NCBI GenBank assembly: GCA_002269645.1 | Contig: NIVC01000037.1 | Coordinates: forward strand, 248,001 to 312,000 | Direction: 5' to 3' | DNA: 64,000 bases | Source: Macrostomum lignano | Lineage: Eukaryota | Shown: positions 1 to 13,026 of the stretch, piece after piece | How the letters are laid out: every line of letters begins with the position of its first letter | Numbering within the stretch: position 1 is the first letter of the stretch | Position numbers and translations under genes: made by a program | The notes under the pieces: generated by a model | The model's database searches: none | What the model was told of the DNA's origin: nothing | What the model saw: the letters and a program-made list of their open reading frames with translations, nothing else

Positions 1-2901
1 CGAGTTGCAGCTGACTACGTTGCACGGATGGCCGAGGTTCTGGCACGGGGGATCAATGCGGGTAACCTATTAGATGCGCACCTCTAAATATTTCTCGTAC
101 ATTGTATAGATTCTCAGACAAACCTTTGCCAACTCAAATATTTGATGGCTTTTGAGTAGCTGAGTAGTATAGCTGCGGCGCCCCTAAACACAAGTAACCG
201 CAACCCCCCCCCCCAAAATGAGCTCACCGGCCAGAACAGACAAGAGCAGCGGGGGCACAGATGCAGGCTGACCGGATAGAACTGCTGCGAGTCGCCGTAC
301 CGTCTGAACAGGCGCCTGTACACACTCGGCCAGTTGCAGTCGTCAACTGAGGTGACCGCCGGACCAGCCGACACAGAGCGGCCTGCGGCAGCGCCTGTGC
401 CGCCAATCCCGCCGCCGAAGCCGCCAGCGAAGTGGAACAGCACCAGCCGCTTCCACAGATGATCTTCGCTGGCCAGGTCGGCCAGGCGGCGGTCGAGTCC
501 AGCCAGCCGCTCGATGTCGGCCGGATCTTCCAGACGGCGCAGCACCTGCCGGATGCAGTCAGCCGGCATCGAGGCGAACGGATTGGCGGCAAACGGCGAC
601 GCGCCGGCAGCGTCGGGGTCCAGCTCGGAGTCCAGGGCTGTGGCAGCTGTGGCTGCTGATGCAACGCTCGACGAGCCGTCTGTCCCGGCCTGCTGCAGTG
701 AGAGGGAGCGAGATGCAATTTAGCACCGCTTAGAGGAGTTTGAGCATTGATGAAGGAGTCAGGGACAGTGAGAGAGTTGAAATTCGAGTGAAAGGTGCGA
801 GTGAAGTTAAGATAAAGTGACATTGTGGAAGAGAGTGACATTGTGGAAGAGAGTGACATTTTGGAAGAGAGTGACATTGTGGAAGAGAGTGAGTGACATT
901 GACGAAGAGAGTGATATTGTGGACGAGAGTATTGTGAAAGAGTGACACTGAGGAAGAGAGTGAAAGTGAAAGAGAGTGACATTGAGGGAAGGGGTGCCAA
1001 TCCGGGAGTCAGAGTGGGAGCGACAAACAAAGGAGCAAAATTGGAAGTAATATGCAGTGAAACTGAGTGAGGCGAAGATAGAATAATACAGCAAAAGTGC
1101 AAATATTAAATTAGAAACGAAAATTTTAGAACCTTACCAGCAACTGCTGCATCTCCTCCAGGGCTTCTCGGTGCCGTCGCCAGAGCTCCTCGCTGCCGAT
1201 GTGCTCGTAGCGGTGCTCGTCAAGCGACCGGCGAAGGCCCTCCACGAGCTGCCTGCAAAATTCAATTGGATTTAATGTACCCACAATAGATCAATGCATA
1301 CACCTGACCCGTTGTAATTACAGATACTGCTTGTGCATTCATGCAGAATGTTTATATCCGTACTAACCCCGGCCAATATTGCTTAACTTCCAGTGCTAAG
1401 CGCGCTACATGGTCTTGCCTTACCCCTTTCAACACGACCTTATTAAAGCGAGTTGGACAGTGAATATAAATAGCGCCTCTCGTACCTGGCAACACCAATG
1501 TACATCTTGCTGGCCAGAGCCTGCTCAGCTGCCTGTTTGGCCAGCTGGACCAGCAGCAGTTGCGCCCGTCCGGACACCTGGTGTAGCCGGTTTGCGATCA
1601 GCAGAGAGACAATCTGCCAGTGTGCGGTGGGGAAGGGGTGGGTGTTGTTTACAATCTGCCAGTGTGCGGTGGGGGAAGGGGTGGGTGTTTTTTACAATCT
1701 GCCAGTGTGCGGTGGGGGAAGGGGTGGGTGTTGTTTACAATCTGTGGGAGAAGGGTTTGGTGTTGTGTACAATCTGCCAGTGTGCAGTGGGGGAAGGGGT
1801 GGGTGTTGTTTACAATCTGCCAGTGTGCGGTGGGGGAAGGGGTGGGTGTTTTTTACAATCTGCAAGTGTGCGGTGGGGGAAGGGGTGGGTGTTGTTTACA
1901 ATCTGTGGGAGAAGGGTTGGGTGTTGTGTACAATCTGCCAGTGTGCAGTGGGGGAAGGGGTGGGTGTTGTTTACAATCTGCCAGTGTGCGGTGGGGGAAG
2001 GGGTGGGTGTTTTTTACAATCTGCCAGTGTGCGGTGGGGGAAGGGGTGGGTGTTTTTTACAATCTGCCAGTGTGCGGTGGGGAAAGGGTGGATGTTGTTT
2101 ACAATCTGCCAGTGTGCGGTGCGGGAAGGGGTGGGTGTTTTTTACAATCTGCCAGTGTGCGGTGGGGGAAGGGATGGGTGTTGTTTACAATCTGCCAGTG
2201 TGCGGTGGAGGAAGGGGTGGGTGTTGTTTACAATCTGCCAGTGTGCGGTGGGGGAAGGGATGGGTGTTGTTTACAATCTGCCAGTGTGCGGTGGAGGAAG
2301 GGGTGGGTGTTGTTTACATACAATCTTCCAGCGTTAGCAGGCAAAATTGAGTGACAGTAATGGACAGCAGACGAGATGTCCCACCTTAGTGATGTAGCGG
2401 AATCTGCGCAGATCCTTGAGCCCGCCGTCCATATCCAGGCGGGCGAAGACATCGCTAATGCTAGTTGTCACCAGGCTCTGCAAATTTTAATAACAATTAA
2501 CAAAATGAATGCTTCTAGAAGACAGCCAATCAAGCAACAAAAGTCCTAATCTGTAAGAACCTCTCGCGTTGTATTTCGCTTGACAAACGCGTGCGGCTGC
2601 CGAATGGACTGGTGGGACTCGCCGGCCTGGCAGCGGCTGCTGGCCGAGTCACTGCTCGCTGACAAAGAGTTGCGAATCATCCTGGCGGTGATGGAGACCG
2701 GGTTGGCCAATTAGCGGTGGAGATTTACAAGCAGCTAATTTACTGATAGAATTCTATTTCAAAAACAAACCTTCGCATTGTGCTTTCATTGAGATGGTCA
2801 AACATTTTGATTCGCCACAGGCGCATTTGTTCCCAGTTGCCAGTATCAGTCTTTATCCACTGATCTCCTGGTGAGCGCCAGTCAAGTCCAACAAAAGGCA
2901 T
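1..2901 (-). CDS. FBXO25/FBXO32-like: F-box only protein 25/32 (atrogin-1/MAFbx-like), 7+ exons, 3' end outside window
   Basis: Exons (minus strand): 2771-2901 (MPFVGLDWRSPGDQWIKT), 2561-2681, 2385-2477 (ISDVFARLDMDGGLKDLRRFRYITK), 1486-1613 (IVSLLIANRLHQVSGRAQ), 1138-1252, 228-692 (F-box region PADCIRQVLRRL...LWKRLVLFHF...LHLCPRCSCLFWP) and 1-39 (NLGHPC). Phases are consistent. Motifs match the family's MPFLGQDWRSPG, AFNRLDF...RRFNY and LFWKDTGHPC. The donor after 2561 (GTTCTT) is weak, and the last acceptor could alternatively be at 66. Confidence 0.9.
822..985. repeat. ~18-bp minisatellite (gagagtgacattgtggaa), FBXO intron
   Basis: Direct tandem units visible. Confidence 0.85.
1609..2320. 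repeat. 42/43-bp minisatellite (acaatctgccagtgtgcggtgggggaaggggtgggtgttgttt), FBXO intron 3
   Basis: About 17 units; the terminal unit overlaps the exon-4 splice acceptor. Confidence 0.95.
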
Positions 2902-4059
2902 GCTGTCAGTTTATTTAAATTCACTGAAATTAATCATGGTGATCAAGACTAATAAATAATATATATTCTATGCTAAATACAATACAAAATATCAGAATTA
3001 GAGCTTTTTTTATAGATAAGTTTATTAAAAGTATTGATAATCTTTAAACCCAACTAAAAAATCAATAAAGAGCATAAAATATGCTATTCTATGATATAAA
3101 TCTCAGATCAATATTATAATATAGGATAATATAGATAAGCAAATTATATAAATATTATTTTATAACTTCATAACTTTATTAACAAGCAATTCTATATAAT
3201 ATTATCAATACTATTATCTATTTATGATATTTATATGTATAGTTATTGAAGTGAAACAAAGGCGCCGTTAGCAAGAGGATGGGAGAAACCAGCTGACACG
3301 CGTGTGATGCGTGAACAAGCATCCAGCCTTGGCAGCAACTCCCCAGATGCACAAGATCTGCATGCCTAAAAATAGTCCTGATGATCGGCGAGCAAGAAGC
3401 CCAGCCATGCGACCCTCGCGTGATGCATGCACAACCTCTGACCGACACTGCCTATTGGGCCTCGAAATCCCACCCTCTCTCCCTACTGTTCCTATTCCTC
3501 GTTGCTTGCGTACAGTGTGCTAGCTTATAAAATATACTGATTGAAGAGGAAAGATCCTCGCCTGAAGTTTAAGAATGTGACTCTAGAGATCACACAGAGA
3601 AAGTTACCATCGAAGTCCATTGTTTGTTGTCTTCCTGAACTGTTGGCAGAAGGAAACGATAATCTGGGAAAACCCATATAATTTTTCGTTTCATTATTTA
3701 ATCCTAAATATTTCTTGCATATATAATATAACACTGATTTAATTTCAAAAAGAGAGATATCAAATTGGAATTATTTCTAACATTATAATATTAAAGTGGC
3801 CTATTTTAGATCAATTTGATGAAACTTATTGTTTTAATTTATTATGAAACTTAAGATTAAGTATAAAGTCAATAATACTTAAAAGGCAAATTAGCTCATA
3901 GAAGTTTGATAATCAAAAGCTTTATTAAACTAGAATAAGATCTGCGAATGAGGTATAAACATGACTATTTATCATATTTATCATACGGTTATTTCAGCCA
4001 ATTTTTCATTACATGACTATTCCTAATCCTAGATCTCAAATATTAGATAGAAATTGTGA

Positions 4060-4247
4060 CAGTGGCGGATCCTCGGGGGGGGGCCAAGGGGGCCATGGCC
4101 CCCCTCAGCTGCCTCGAAAAAAATTCTGCTCTTGGCCTTTGGCCCCCTTCTAAGTAAAGAAAGGGCTTGGGCCTTGGGGTGGGTTCCTACTCGAGGCAGT
4201 ATGAAAAAAGTTGGCCCCCCCTCAAGAAATTCCTGGATCCGCGCCTG
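4060..4247. mobile_element. Small MITE-like element with CAGTGGCGGATCC...GGATCCGCGCCTG termini
   Basis: GC-rich 188-bp insert in AT-rich DNA with imperfect terminal inverted repeats. The flanking 8-mers aattgtga/ttatgtga match at only 5 of 8 positions. Confidence 0.6.
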
Positions 4248-6556
4248 TTATGTGAAAAGATAATATGTGATCCAATATAACGCAGACTCACAGTTTGTCT
4301 ATTAAATTCTGAATCTAATTTGTTGGTAATAAGTTTCTACTAAACAAGAAAAAGTAGCTACCGTCCTTACGCATAGCACTTCAGTAAGCGGTCAGCAGAT
4401 CAGATCAGCTGACTAGTTAATTCGCCGAAAAATGTTGTTTTAAACACTACAGTTTAAACATTAAAACAAAAGCCACTAAATTCCTATAGAAAAACGCCCG
4501 ATAAATAGTACATATTTCATTTTTAAGATTTTTAACTATTATTTTATTCTAAAACAAGAACATAAGCGAATTTACTAGAAAAAAGGTTTTCTTTCTTTTT
4601 ATTATCGCGCAGTTTTTTATAGTGCGAGCACAGTAGCGCTTTTCTTAAGTAAATTTGACTTAAGTTGCTTTTGATAATTTGCTGGCGACGTGTTATTATT
4701 AGCGCTTTACAAAAACATTTATTTATATTTCCGAAATCGTTTTACATTTCCGTTTACAGCTTAGAAAACTATACATGTTGAGCAATTTTGAGCAATTCAG
4801 TTGCGGCTCGGCTCTCGATTACTACGAGTAATTTACAAGTTTATTTTTTTAAAGCTTCTGCTTAAGTAAGGAGCTGCGACGGCGGTCCAAAGACGTGCAA
4901 CGGTACAATTGTTCATCAATTTTCATTTTTTCGTCTAAAAATATGCCTGAAGATGCTCTGCGGGGAGCGAAAAGAGTCGTTTAATTTACTATAACATATG
5001 TGGGGTAATTTGATAATAATGTGTATTCTTTTAGTTATCGCTAAGCTAACAACTCTGTGAAACTATATGTACTTTATCGTTTATTGCTTGCAAAAATGTT
5101 ATATTGTCCAGTGGCCGTTTCAAACATTGTCTTACTGACAACAATTATCTTAATAGCTCGCACAAATTGATTCCAAAGTTAAAACCTGGATGTATGATTT
5201 CCCTTACAGTACATTACAAATAAATTTAAGAGTTTTATTGAAAGCTGAATATTATTTGCCGATACATACACTCAGAAACAGTCAAAAGTTCCACATGTAC
5301 AAATCAAGTGAAGTTAGAGAGAAAACTTCTCATTTAAAATGCATGGTACGAGCGTAAAATGTGCATAAAAATTTCTTTGCTTGGTTGGGTGGAATATTTG
5401 ACTGTTGTTGGGTGTATATAAATCTAATCTTTTCAATGCTCTAACTATGCGCACACATGCTCTAACTACTAACTAAATAAGTAATAAGGCGCCTCAGCCA
5501 TTGAACAGGTACTTACGCCACTAGGAATGAATTAGGATGGCCATGTTGGGAGTGTACTAATGTACACTAGGTTTCTAAGCTAGGCTAAAGAGGACTGTGT
5601 GGCCATCAAGCCGAGCAGGCGACACCAGTCGGGCTGAGGGCGGGCCCTACCCCCTAACGTCGGGGCGTCGCACCTACTCCAAACTCAAATCAAAACCTCC
5701 CCGGGGCTAGAGGGGGTTGAGTGAACCAATCAGGAAGTGAGTGAACCACACACATGCTCAAACACACTGTATAATATAATACAGTTACCGTGTACTTCCG
5801 AACAATATACTATAATATGTATTATGTACAGTTAAAGCAAAATAAATATTTTTTGTTAAACTACCAGTAGTATGCGCTGCGCATGCACAACGCAGAGGCG
5901 GCAATTTGAGTACAGATGAGAAGCAATTAGATCCAGCGTGTTGAATTGTATTTCCGACTTTGAATGGCACATTCCGACTAATAATAAAAACATTATATTG
6001 TTCTAACACAGGTACACTGATATCAATAGTTCAATATATTGGATTGAAACAAAATACGTTGATGGCAATAAAGCACTCAGAGGCAGATCTCATCTATAGT
6101 CTGCAGTCCAGTACAGGTAAGCAGTTAACAGCGCTGGTACAGGCAACATGTTACATGCAAATGTGGCAGCAATGGAATGCGCATTAAGGGTTCCGGATGG
6201 GGATTAAAGCGATATGTTTTGCACAAATGTCTGCACGCTTACAGAAGCAACAGTGCATGGCGAACATGTACCAAGGTGGCTCTCCGGCTCAGGATCAGTC
6301 GATATAAAAACAGCTTCAACACTAGCTACATGTATAAACTGTTGGGGACAATAGAAACACTACAGGGAAGAAAAACAAAACTCAAAATTAGAAAAGAAAA
6401 ATTGCAAAAATGCAAAGCTTTGGAGTTTTGCTGCTAAGTATAGAAAGTATTTGATTTAAGCACTGGTCTCTTGTGCGAATTCCGTCAAAACCGATATTAT
6501 TTTCAATCTGCAGTTCTACAATCTATGGAGTGCAGTAGTTGATAAGGGGCTTTCAT

Positions 6557-7027
6557 TTACAATCTGTCAGTGTGCGGTGGGGGAAGGGGTGGGTGCTGTT
6601 TACAATCTGCCAGTGTGCAGTGGGGGAAGGGGTGGGTGTTGTTTACAATCTGCCAGTGTGCGGTGGGGGAAGGGGTGGGTGTTTTTTACAATCTGCCAGT
6701 GTGCGGTGGGGAAGGGGTGGGTGTTTTTTACAATCTGCCAGTGTGCGGTGGGGAAAGGGTGGATGTTGTTTACAATCTGCCAGTGTGCGGTGCGGGAAGG
6801 GGTGGGTGTTTTTTACAATCTGCCAGTGTGCGGTGGGGGAAGGGGTGGGTGTTGTTTACAATCTGTGGGAGAAGGGTTTGGTGTTGTGTACAATCTGCCA
6901 GTGTGCAGTGGGGGAAGGGGTGGGTGTTGTTTACAATCTGCCAGTGTGCGGTGGGGGAAGGGGTGGGTGCTGTTTACAATCTGCCATTGTGCAGTGGAGG
7001 AAGAGGTGGGTGTTATTTACAATCTGC
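6557..7027. repeat. Second array of the same 42/43-bp minisatellite
   Basis: Same unit and same variant units as 1609-2320. Confidence 0.95.
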
Positions 7028-7405
7028 TAATATAGAGTGGTGGATAATTTCTTTAGATTTCATTAGCTTCCGATATTCAAATAAATAAACGCAAAGGTTG
7101 TTCTAATTACTAACAGTAGTTTGTCTTAGACTCGGCATCGATCACGCACATGAGACGTAGCTGCTAAAAAAAGGAATGTAGGCATTACTGAACTAAGCTG
7201 CCTCACTTCACTATTCGTGTATTGCTTCTACCCCAGGTATGAATAATTCGCAGGAAGTGTGCAGTCTCTGAAAGCTGGTCAATGGAATGTGTTAGCAAAT
7301 TGAGAATAGTCTACAATTAAAAAGCCTAACTAAAATGTGACGAACGAACGAACAACCGGAAACACGGCAAGCTCCACCAATCTGGGCTGTCTTCTGGCGT
7401 TGTCG

Positions 7406-10400
7406 CTATCCGTCGCAGATTTTTTTCAGATTGGCAAACTGGTACACCAGCCGCTGACCGTCCACCTTGTTGAGAATGCCTCTGGCATAATAGTACCTGC
7501 AATGAGGAAGTGTTCTGCGTTTCAATTTTATTCAACTCGTCAGCCAATAATATGAATAGCATTGACTGGGTTAAATGCCAATTAATGTCCTGTTTTGGAT
7601 TGAGAAAAGAGAGTCAAAAGTGACTAAAATCGTCGTGTATTTCGACAGTTCAGATTGCTCTAAAAAAGCCTTTTTGGCACCGAGTACAGCACTACTGCAG
7701 GTGCTGCAGGCACCTCTTTACCCCCAAGGACCAGCGCACACTCGGTGCTTCTACGACTGCCTGACGACTCCCAGAATTGAACAGCCAGAAACTGTTAATC
7801 CAATGCTACGAGTATTTGGGTTTCAATTACAACCACGGATACTAGAATAATTAGGATGGGCCACTCAGCACATTTGCTTTTAAGCTACTTTCAGTTCAGT
7901 AGTAAGTTAAACAGAAGCATTAAATGTATTTTTAAAGCCGAGGCTTATTTATTGAATATTACTCCCCCCCAGCAAGATTAAACCTTCAAACTCTCCACAG
8001 AACCTCTACCAATCCCATCCACCAATTTTTATTACATTCCTCGGTTGTTCCAGCCTAAATCTGCCATGTACATTTCAGTGGCGCTGGCTAATGTACATTA
8101 TGGCTGAACCAATTAGCAAGCTGTTTACACCTCGCCTGCAAGCTTGGGGTTCTAAACTTATCGAAGTCATTTCAGCTACCTTTATTCTTATAAAATAGCT
8201 TACGTATTCTTCTTTGCTACTGAACTGAAAGTAGAAAGCTGTTTTACTAAGTATATGCCTGAGTGGCCCATCCAGTTATTCTGGTGTCTGTGATGACAAC
8301 AGCACTGACCTCAGCGCCCGGCCCATGGTCTCGTAGGTCATGTCTGGCTTGTTCTTCAGCATGCCCCACAGCCGGGAGACGGCTCGGCTGTCCACCAGCT
8401 TGAACACGCCCCTGTCCCGGTCCAGCCAGCGGATGAATCGAGGCGAATAGCGCGGATTCTGCAGCAGGTCCAGCAGAAACTCCCACAGGTAGGTCTGGCC
8501 GCCGCCTCCGCCGCAGCCGCCACCACCGCTGCCGTTGCTGCCGTCCCGCCGGCGACGAGTGCACTGGATGAGCTGCAAGTCCTCTGGTAGGAACTCCAGA
8601 CACGACTGCCGCTGCTGCTGCGCCGGCTGCTGCGATTGTCGAGCCGCCGTTGAGGCCGACGCCAAGGACGCTGAGTCGGTCGTGGCGCCGAGAATTTCGA
8701 TTCGATCGCAGTTCAACGGTCGGTGAGCAGTTTTGATGCGCGTGTGGGTGTGCCGCCTTTGCTGCGCCTGCGGCTGCCGCTGCTGCTGCGGCTCTGAGCT
8801 GTCGGAATTCCGCTGCTGCTGCTGGTGAAGTCCCTTCAGTGCCAGCTGCATTGGCGGGTCGGTGACCTCGTCCAGGAGGCCGTAGCAGGCGGGCTGATCG
8901 GGCAGAGCTGTCGAGGCGGGGACTGCAAACTGCGGCTGCTGCTGGGCCGGCCACGAGGCGGCGCCTGTAGAGCTGGTGACGCCAGCTTTCTGGGTGCCGC
9001 TTTGATCTGCGATTTCAATGGATTTTACACAACAAAGTTTACTACTGACAGTAGCATGGAAATATCAGGATGGAGCAGTCTTGCTTTTTTAGTTAATTTA
9101 TAAGGCTTAGCTTTATGAGTAGTCATTTGCTTGACGGATTCTATCGCAAAATGCATGCCTTGCGATTTCAATTTCATTTCAATTGTTGCGGTAATTTCAG
9201 AGAAAATTACTGTAACACAATGTTCTTTCAAAAGTTGGAGCTGTACTCTGTGCTCAAAATTGTTCCAGTCTTCGCTGAGAGATCTGAATATAATAGCTAT
9301 AACCGAGTTGATGTGTAAGCAAGCCACTTAATTTACAACCAGCTGCAATTCAAAAACGGGTTACGAGTATTGCCCCGAAGCTGCACAGCCTCAGCTTGAG
9401 GGGGCAGTGCACAAGCGCTCGAGACAATGCCACAATACCAACATCATCTTTCGATTTCTTTCTTTCATTCATCACTTCTATTCCACGGCGGGCGGGTATT
9501 ACATGAGAAAGCGAGGCCACTTGTGCACAGCTCGATAGTTTTGGCTATGCTATGAAAAATAACCCGCTGAAGGCTCTCTTGACGTTGTGAAACTGGACAA
9601 AAGGAATTTCGGGGTGATGGTAGCTAGCTTAGGGGGGGGGGGGTAGGCTTAGGCAGGCTCAGACAGGCTGGGTTTCTCGCTCCTACTCTCGTCTCTCCTC
9701 TCTCACCCCTGGTAGTTGCTTTGAGACGAAGCCGTCTAAACAGGCTTTCTTGACCAGATCCGAACTGGTTGCTTCCACTGTTCAGCTGCGACCGCGAGCA
9801 GCCGTGCTCCAGGGACTGCTTGATGCGCAGCACTTCGTAGTCTATGGCCTCGTCCAGATCGTCCCCCTCCACAATGCTGCCCAGGCTACTTGTCTCCGCT
9901 GCATCGCTGCAGGCCACTGTCGAAGCTGCCGTCGGGATGGCCGATGCTGAGGCGGTTTCAGCCGATGCCGATGTACCGACCGTCTGGGAGAAGTCAGGAG
10001 AGCCGGCCGTGGGGCTGCGAAGCCAGTCATCCAGGGCCTGGTTGACGTCCTCGATCATCAGGGCGTCCGACTGACGGGGTGGGGTTCGATGGACGGATTT
10101 GAAAGTCAGTTTACCTTCGGCATAGTGGACATTTGGGCACTGTGAGTGCCACACACGAGTGCGGCAGCCCCGGCTTTCCTACTCATCAGGCATATATACG
10201 TTGAACACTAACTGTGCCTGGGAACAAAGAAACGAAAAGACAAATGTCTCAAAGCCCCTAACAAGGACGCAATTCATGGCCTGACTCTGTACTCTATTAA
10301 TAGTGGCTCACATTCTCAATATCGTCCAAGAAGCTTTCCGTGGAGCTATTCAACAATGAGACGGACACAACGCAGCCGCCGCCGCTGCCGTCACCGCCGC

Positions 10401-10491
10401 CGCTGCCGACGCTTCCTGGCAGCAGATCCCAGACGTCATCGTCGCACGAGCCGGCGGACAACAGGTCGGCACCATTGCAGCTGCCTCGCAT
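7406..10491 (-). CDS. E74/ELF-like: ETS-domain transcription factor, E74/ELF subfamily (~443 aa)
   Basis: Exons 10312-10491, 9707-10070, 8310-9006 and 7406-7496, phase-consistent. The ETS domain [13 protein letters not shown]...[43 protein letters not shown]|[20 protein letters not shown] matches ELF/E74. The start codon and first exon are less certain. Confidence 0.9.
7834..8292. mobile_element. hAT-type MITE, copy 1 (last intron of the ETS gene)
   Basis: TIRs cacggatactagaataatt.../...gttattctggtgtctgtg; 8-bp TSD attacaac/atgacaac (7 of 8 match); inverted homologue at 23389-23823. Confidence 0.8.
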
Positions 10492-10859
10492 CGCCAATGA
10501 AGCCCTTGCCGCTGTCTGTGGTGAAAGAGGATATCAGCGGCTAAACCTGTCTGTTAATGAATTCTCTGTATGCGCCAAACAGCGATAGAAAACTGGAAAT
10601 CGGAGTCTCGACTATTTCTGCAGCATTCAGTCTGCCGTATAGGTTTCAGGTTTCAAGATTTCCGTCTCAAGATAATGAAATTATAGAATTGAAGTTAGCT
10701 GCCGCCGCTCGCTTGTGTTGTTGTTTATAGTTGACTTGTTTTGCCGACTCTGGATTGGCGGGTGTCTGCGGTCAGGGGGGGGGGGGGTTGACTCTACCTA
10801 ATGCCTTGTTGAGCCTAGTTCGTCTCTTGTTTCCTAAACAAAAACTGCCCAGATAAACA

Positions 10860-10864
<5 letters not shown>

Positions 10865-10930
<66 letters not shown>
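10865..10930. repeat. (GA)n microsatellite
   Basis: Perfect dinucleotide run. Confidence 0.95.
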
Positions 10931-10933
<3 letters not shown>

Positions 10934-12168
10934 AACAGCGAACGTGGGCGTCTCCAGTGAGCATAGAAATGTCTTTTTATGGCACTGACTAAGCTGTTGG
11001 TCGTTCGTACACACTTATGGCCCTGAACTAGCTAGCTAATCGTATGTCTGCCTAAATATAGCACAGTACCAAAGTCCTGCCTCAGGCAAGAGAGCTTTTC
11101 TACCCAACCCAGCCAGGCATGGGAAATTGACTCCCCCGCTGCAGTCTCTCTCTCTACCCTTGTGCTTCGGGGGTTGACGAGTGAGCAAGCAGTTTGGCCT
11201 CTGAGTGCAGATAGGCATTGCTGTGTACCCACTGTACGCAGCACCCACCCACCCCCCTCGGCAACCCAAGAGCTGAAGGCGCTTCTTCTCAGTAGCCAAA
11301 CCAATAATTCGCCACTGAGAGCTTTTGGGGGTGGGGCAATGGCTTGAAGGGTGCCGCCTTGCTCTCCGTGGGAGGTAGGTGAGTCACCCTGCTCTCCCCC
11401 CGTGTAAACCGTATGGTCGTAGCAAATGAAGCGAAAACGCAGCAAGAAAGAGCTTTTAAAAGAGGTGACAAGCAGAGCATGTTTCAATTTGTTTTGTTTC
11501 CTGCCAATGAGTATGTAGTAGACCATGCGACCCTTGTTCTATAGCTGTTGCTTGCAATCAACCTCCCTATCCCTCACTATCACCAACTCTGCCACAAACT
11601 GCGCCATTTTTTTTCCTCTGTTCGAGAGAAAATCGCGAAAAGGAGAGTAGAGAGAAAAAATAAAAATACGAATCGAGACTACACAGAGATAAAGCAGAGC
11701 AGCAGGGCGCGCACCTCCAGTGCTGCGTGCGTTGCTGTTGGTGAAAAACTACGATAGAAAACACACTTATGGCAGAGATTGCCCGGTGTGTCCGCGTCCG
11801 TGGGAATAGAAATAGCAGTGTAGGCACTGGACAACAGTTTGTGTGTATAAATTTGCGCATTTTAATTGTAATTTTTGGTGCCTGCAAGCGTTCAACAATT
11901 GAAACTGCTGAATGAATGCCTGTGACTCATCGGGTCAAATCATGCAGAGAATAATGCTGCCAAAGTCAAGCCCTACAGCCACTGTTAAACTGTTACAGTT
12001 TACTTTTATTCGGCTGCTACCCTGAATTAGGTCCTTCTCTGAGACGGTTGCTACCCCAAAGGCTTGTGCAATTCTTGCTCATAAGAGCCAACCCTTCAAT
12101 TCAAAAAGTTTGTACACGGCGAGAACGTCAAGGCTGATGTACAGCCTGCGGGAGTGTGTGCCTGCATA

Positions 12169-12460
12169 GGGGAGCCGTAGCCCAGCGGTCTAGCGCAGGC
12201 TCTGATGTGCCAGCGGCCCAGGCTCGATTCCCAGTGCAGTCACATTAATTTCGGGCTAAACTGGAATCTCGGCTTGGCTCTGCTCGTGCAATTAACGCCT
12301 TTGAGGGCCAAACCCCCAAGGCACGGTGAAGTGTACATGCCTAACGATAAATAAAGTCAGGGCTGTACACTCCTGTGTGAGAGTGTGTGCCTGTGCATTG
12401 AATGAGTACGTATCTGCGCGCTAGTGTGCCTGCTCATGGGAGTCGGCGGCGGAATGGAAT
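12169..12460 (+). mobile_element. tRNA-derived SINE, older/diverged copy
   Basis: Same head (ggagccgtagcccagcggt...ggctcgattccc) and core; diverges before the tail. Preceded by a degenerate core fragment at ~12110-12166. Confidence 0.75.
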
Positions 12461-13026
12461 GGATGAAGCAGGATGCAGGAATAGAATGGATTGCTAATCT
12501 AGCCTACATCATGCCTCTAACTAAAAAATTGTGTCTGTCTGCTTACGTATCCGTGACAGCAAGACAAACTAATTGTCTGTATTTAGCTACAAGGCTACAA
12601 ACTTGAAAAATGACAAAATTACAAATAGAGCTCTGTGCAGCAAGCACTCACCTGTCTCTGTACGTCAAACAAGTGCAGCAGTGTCCCTACAGCAGTCTGT
12701 AGATTATAGCGATCGAACCAATTTTAAACCAGTCCGTGCATTCACTAAAATGTTAAACCGCGCTTATATGTTGTGTTGCTTTTTAAGAGTCCACCGCTTG
12801 CTTGCCGCCCCCTTGCCACTTTGATTGGCTGCTGTTGGTTGGTGGGACCGAGGCTCTCAGGCTTGGCCAGTGAGGGAGGCTAGCAACTGTTTTACTGAGC
12901 CACAAAGGAGGCTCTTGCAGGCTTCGCTTTTAGTAATATTATTATTAGTAATTTTATTGCGGTAAGAATGGGGGGTCTGTTATGGCTTTATTGGCGAACC
13001 CGAAGTCAGGAGTCGGCAAGGGGAGC

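Noticed and set aside
1409-2354. Long Cys/Gly-rich plus-strand ORFs (also 6539-7088)
   Set aside because: These are translations of the 42/43-bp minisatellite; they are open in all three frames and lie antisense within an FBXO intron.
2604-2713. Plausible-looking plus-strand peptide MDWWDSPAWQRLLAESLL...
   Set aside because: It is the antisense shadow of FBXO exon 2, which is needed for the phase-consistent minus-strand model.
5620-5900. Promoter-like cluster (GGGCGG, CCAAT, CAGGAAGT, TGCGCATGC)
   Set aside because: Short motifs like these occur by chance, and no transcription start can be assigned from sequence alone.
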